This document shows positions 18,544 to 20,000 of a DNA stretch of 20,000 nt, in pieces. Each line of letters begins with the position of its first letter. Position 1 is the first letter of the stretch. Location: IMG/VR virus record IMGVR_UViG_3300007633_000003; one strand, written 5' to 3'. Made by a program: the position numbers and the translations under genes. Source of the DNA: an uncultured virus (IMG/VR IMGVR_UViG_3300007633_000003) (Duplodnaviria; Heunggongvirae; Uroviricota; Caudoviricetes). The notes below the pieces were generated by a model. That model was not told where the DNA came from and did no database searches. It saw only the letters and a program-made list of their open reading frames with translations.

Positions 18544-19860
18544 TTACATATTGGCAGATTTTACATTTTTCCATTTCGGATCTGGCTGAAGTTGGTCATA
18601 TAGATAATATTCGCATCTAACTAATTGACCTTGATCATCCCATTGTTTTAAAGCCGGTCCATTTTCATTATGTAATTTACCATAAAAATACCATATTTCT
18701 TTAATAAGTTGGCCTTGGTCATTCCATATTTTTATAGCTGGACCATTTTCATTATGCAATTTTTGATTTAATCTCCAAATTTCTTTAATTAATTGACCTT
18801 GGTCATTCCATTTTTGATAAGTTGGTTTATTTTTATTATAATATTTTCCATTTATTTTCCATGCTTCTTCAATTAACTGGCCTTCATTGTTCCATCTTTG
18901 ATAAGCTGGACCATTTTCATTATGCATTAATTCATATAATGACCATGATTGTTTAATTAATTGACCTCTATTATTCCATTCTTGCAAAGCCGGTCCATTT
19001 TCATTATGAAATTTTCCATTTAAACCCCATTTTTCTTCAATTAATTGGCCTTGTTCATTCCATTCTTGGTAAACTGGTCTATTTTTATTATGTAATAAAT
19101 TATCTACTCTCCATTCTTGTTTAATTAATTGGCCTTCATTATTCCATTTTCGCAAAGTTGGTCCATTTTTATTATGAAATTTTCCATTTAAACACCATTT
19201 TTCTTCAATTAATTGGCCTTGTTCATTCCATTTTTGATAAGCTGGTCTATTCTCATTATGTAATAAATCATCAATTTTCCATTCTTCTTCAATTAATTGT
19301 CCTTTATTATTCCATATTCGCAAAGCCGGTATATGTTCATTATGTAATAAATTATCTATTCTCCATTCTTCTTTAATTAATTGACCTTCGTTATTCCATT
19401 TTTGATAAGCAGGACCATTTTTATTATGTTTATTTCCATTTAATGCCCAGATTTCTTCAATTAATTGACCCTGATTATCCCATTCTTTGCAAGCAGGACC
19501 ATTTTCATTATGATATTTATCATTTAAATACCATTTTTCTTCAATTAACTGCCCTTCATTGTTCCATTTTCGATAAGCTGGACCATTTTCATTATGCATT
19601 AATTCATAACATACCCATAATTGTTTAATTAATTGACCTCTATTATTCCATATTTGCAAAGCCGGTCCATTTTCATTATGAAATTTTCCATTTATTACCC
19701 ATTGTTCTTCAATTAGTTGGCCTTGTTCATTCCATTCTTGGTAAGCTGGTCCATTTTCGTTATGCTTGTTACCTTTTATTTCCCAAATAATAGATTTTAT
19801 TTTTCTATTTGAGTGATAAGAAATATTCTTTTGTGTATTATTAAAATCCTCAGAATCCAT
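18544..19860 (-). CDS. MORN-like repeat array gene, 14 units
   Basis: 32 + 14x28 + 14 = 438 aa. Confidence 0.9.
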   Translation of the reverse strand: MDSEDFNNTQKNISYHSNRKIKSIIWEIKGNKHNENGPAYQEWNEQGQLIEEQWVINGKFHNENGPALQIWNNRGQLIKQLWVCYELMHNENGPAYRKWNNEGQLIEEKWYLNDKYHNENGPACKEWDNQGQLIEEIWALNGNKHNKNGPAYQKWNNEGQLIKEEWRIDNLLHNEHIPALRIWNNKGQLIEEEWKIDDLLHNENRPAYQKWNEQGQLIEEKWCLNGKFHNKNGPTLRKWNNEGQLIKQEWRVDNLLHNKNRPVYQEWNEQGQLIEEKWGLNGKFHNENGPALQEWNNRGQLIKQSWSLYELMHNENGPAYQRWNNEGQLIEEAWKINGKYYNKNKPTYQKWNDQGQLIKEIWRLNQKLHNENGPAIKIWNDQGQLIKEIWYFYGKLHNENGPALKQWDDQGQLVRCEYYLYDQLQPDPKWKNVKSANM

Positions 19861-19910
19861 TTAATTTATAATTCTGTAAATTAAAATCAAAAAAAAAAGA
19901 AATTTAGGAA

Positions 19911-20000
19911 TTACATGTTGGCGGATTTTACATTTTTCCATTTTGGATCTGGCTGAAGTTGGTCATATAGATAATATTCGCATTTAACCAATTGACCTTG
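19911..20000 (-). CDS. 3' end of a further array gene, truncated by the window edge
   Basis: Manual translation QGQLVKCEYYLYDQLQPDPKWKNVKSANM*, nearly identical to the end of 18544..19860. Confidence 0.9.
   Translation of the reverse strand, partial: QGQLVKCEYYLYDQLQPDPKWKNVKSANM

Noticed and set aside
18037..19628. Plus-strand repeat ORFs (18037, 19158, 19443) and other short antisense or overlapping ORFs (485, 6785, 8153, 8658, 11218, 12091, 13127, 13960, 16287)
   Set aside because: They are shadows of longer, well-supported genes and have no independent signals.
16582..19860. CRISPR-like or MIMIVIRE-like repeat-spacer array
   Set aside because: The 84-bp periodicity is in-frame coding repeat. 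The variable parts are homologous codons rather than unique spacers, and there are no cas-like genes.
15857..20000. Diversity-generating retroelement as the source of repeat variation
   Set aside because: There is no reverse transcriptase or non-coding template repeat in the window, and adenine-rich scaffold codons (AAT GAA AAT, CAA) stay unchanged. It cannot be excluded genome-wide, but nothing here supports it.

Overview
AT-rich, gene-dense window of a large eukaryotic dsDNA virus (Nucleocytoviricota). The capsid motifs point to a divergent Asfuvirales (ASFV/Faustovirus/Pacmanvirus-like) lineage. The left end has two core genes on the + strand: a VLTF3-like late transcription factor and an uninterrupted p72-like major capsid protein. 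The rest is a minus-strand accessory block. It contains a family of ~270-310 aa unknown paralogs, an unannotated 40-aa ORF, a beta-helix fibre/spike-like protein and a HeH/SAP-like protein. It ends in a tandem array of MORN-like 28-aa (84-bp) repeat genes with a constant N-cap and C-tail, variable repeat number and hypervariable positions, which continues past the window edge. Intergenic gaps share a TGAWT motif 20-41 nt upstream of the ATG and T-tracts of 7 or more. All family assignments come from recalled motifs, not database searches.
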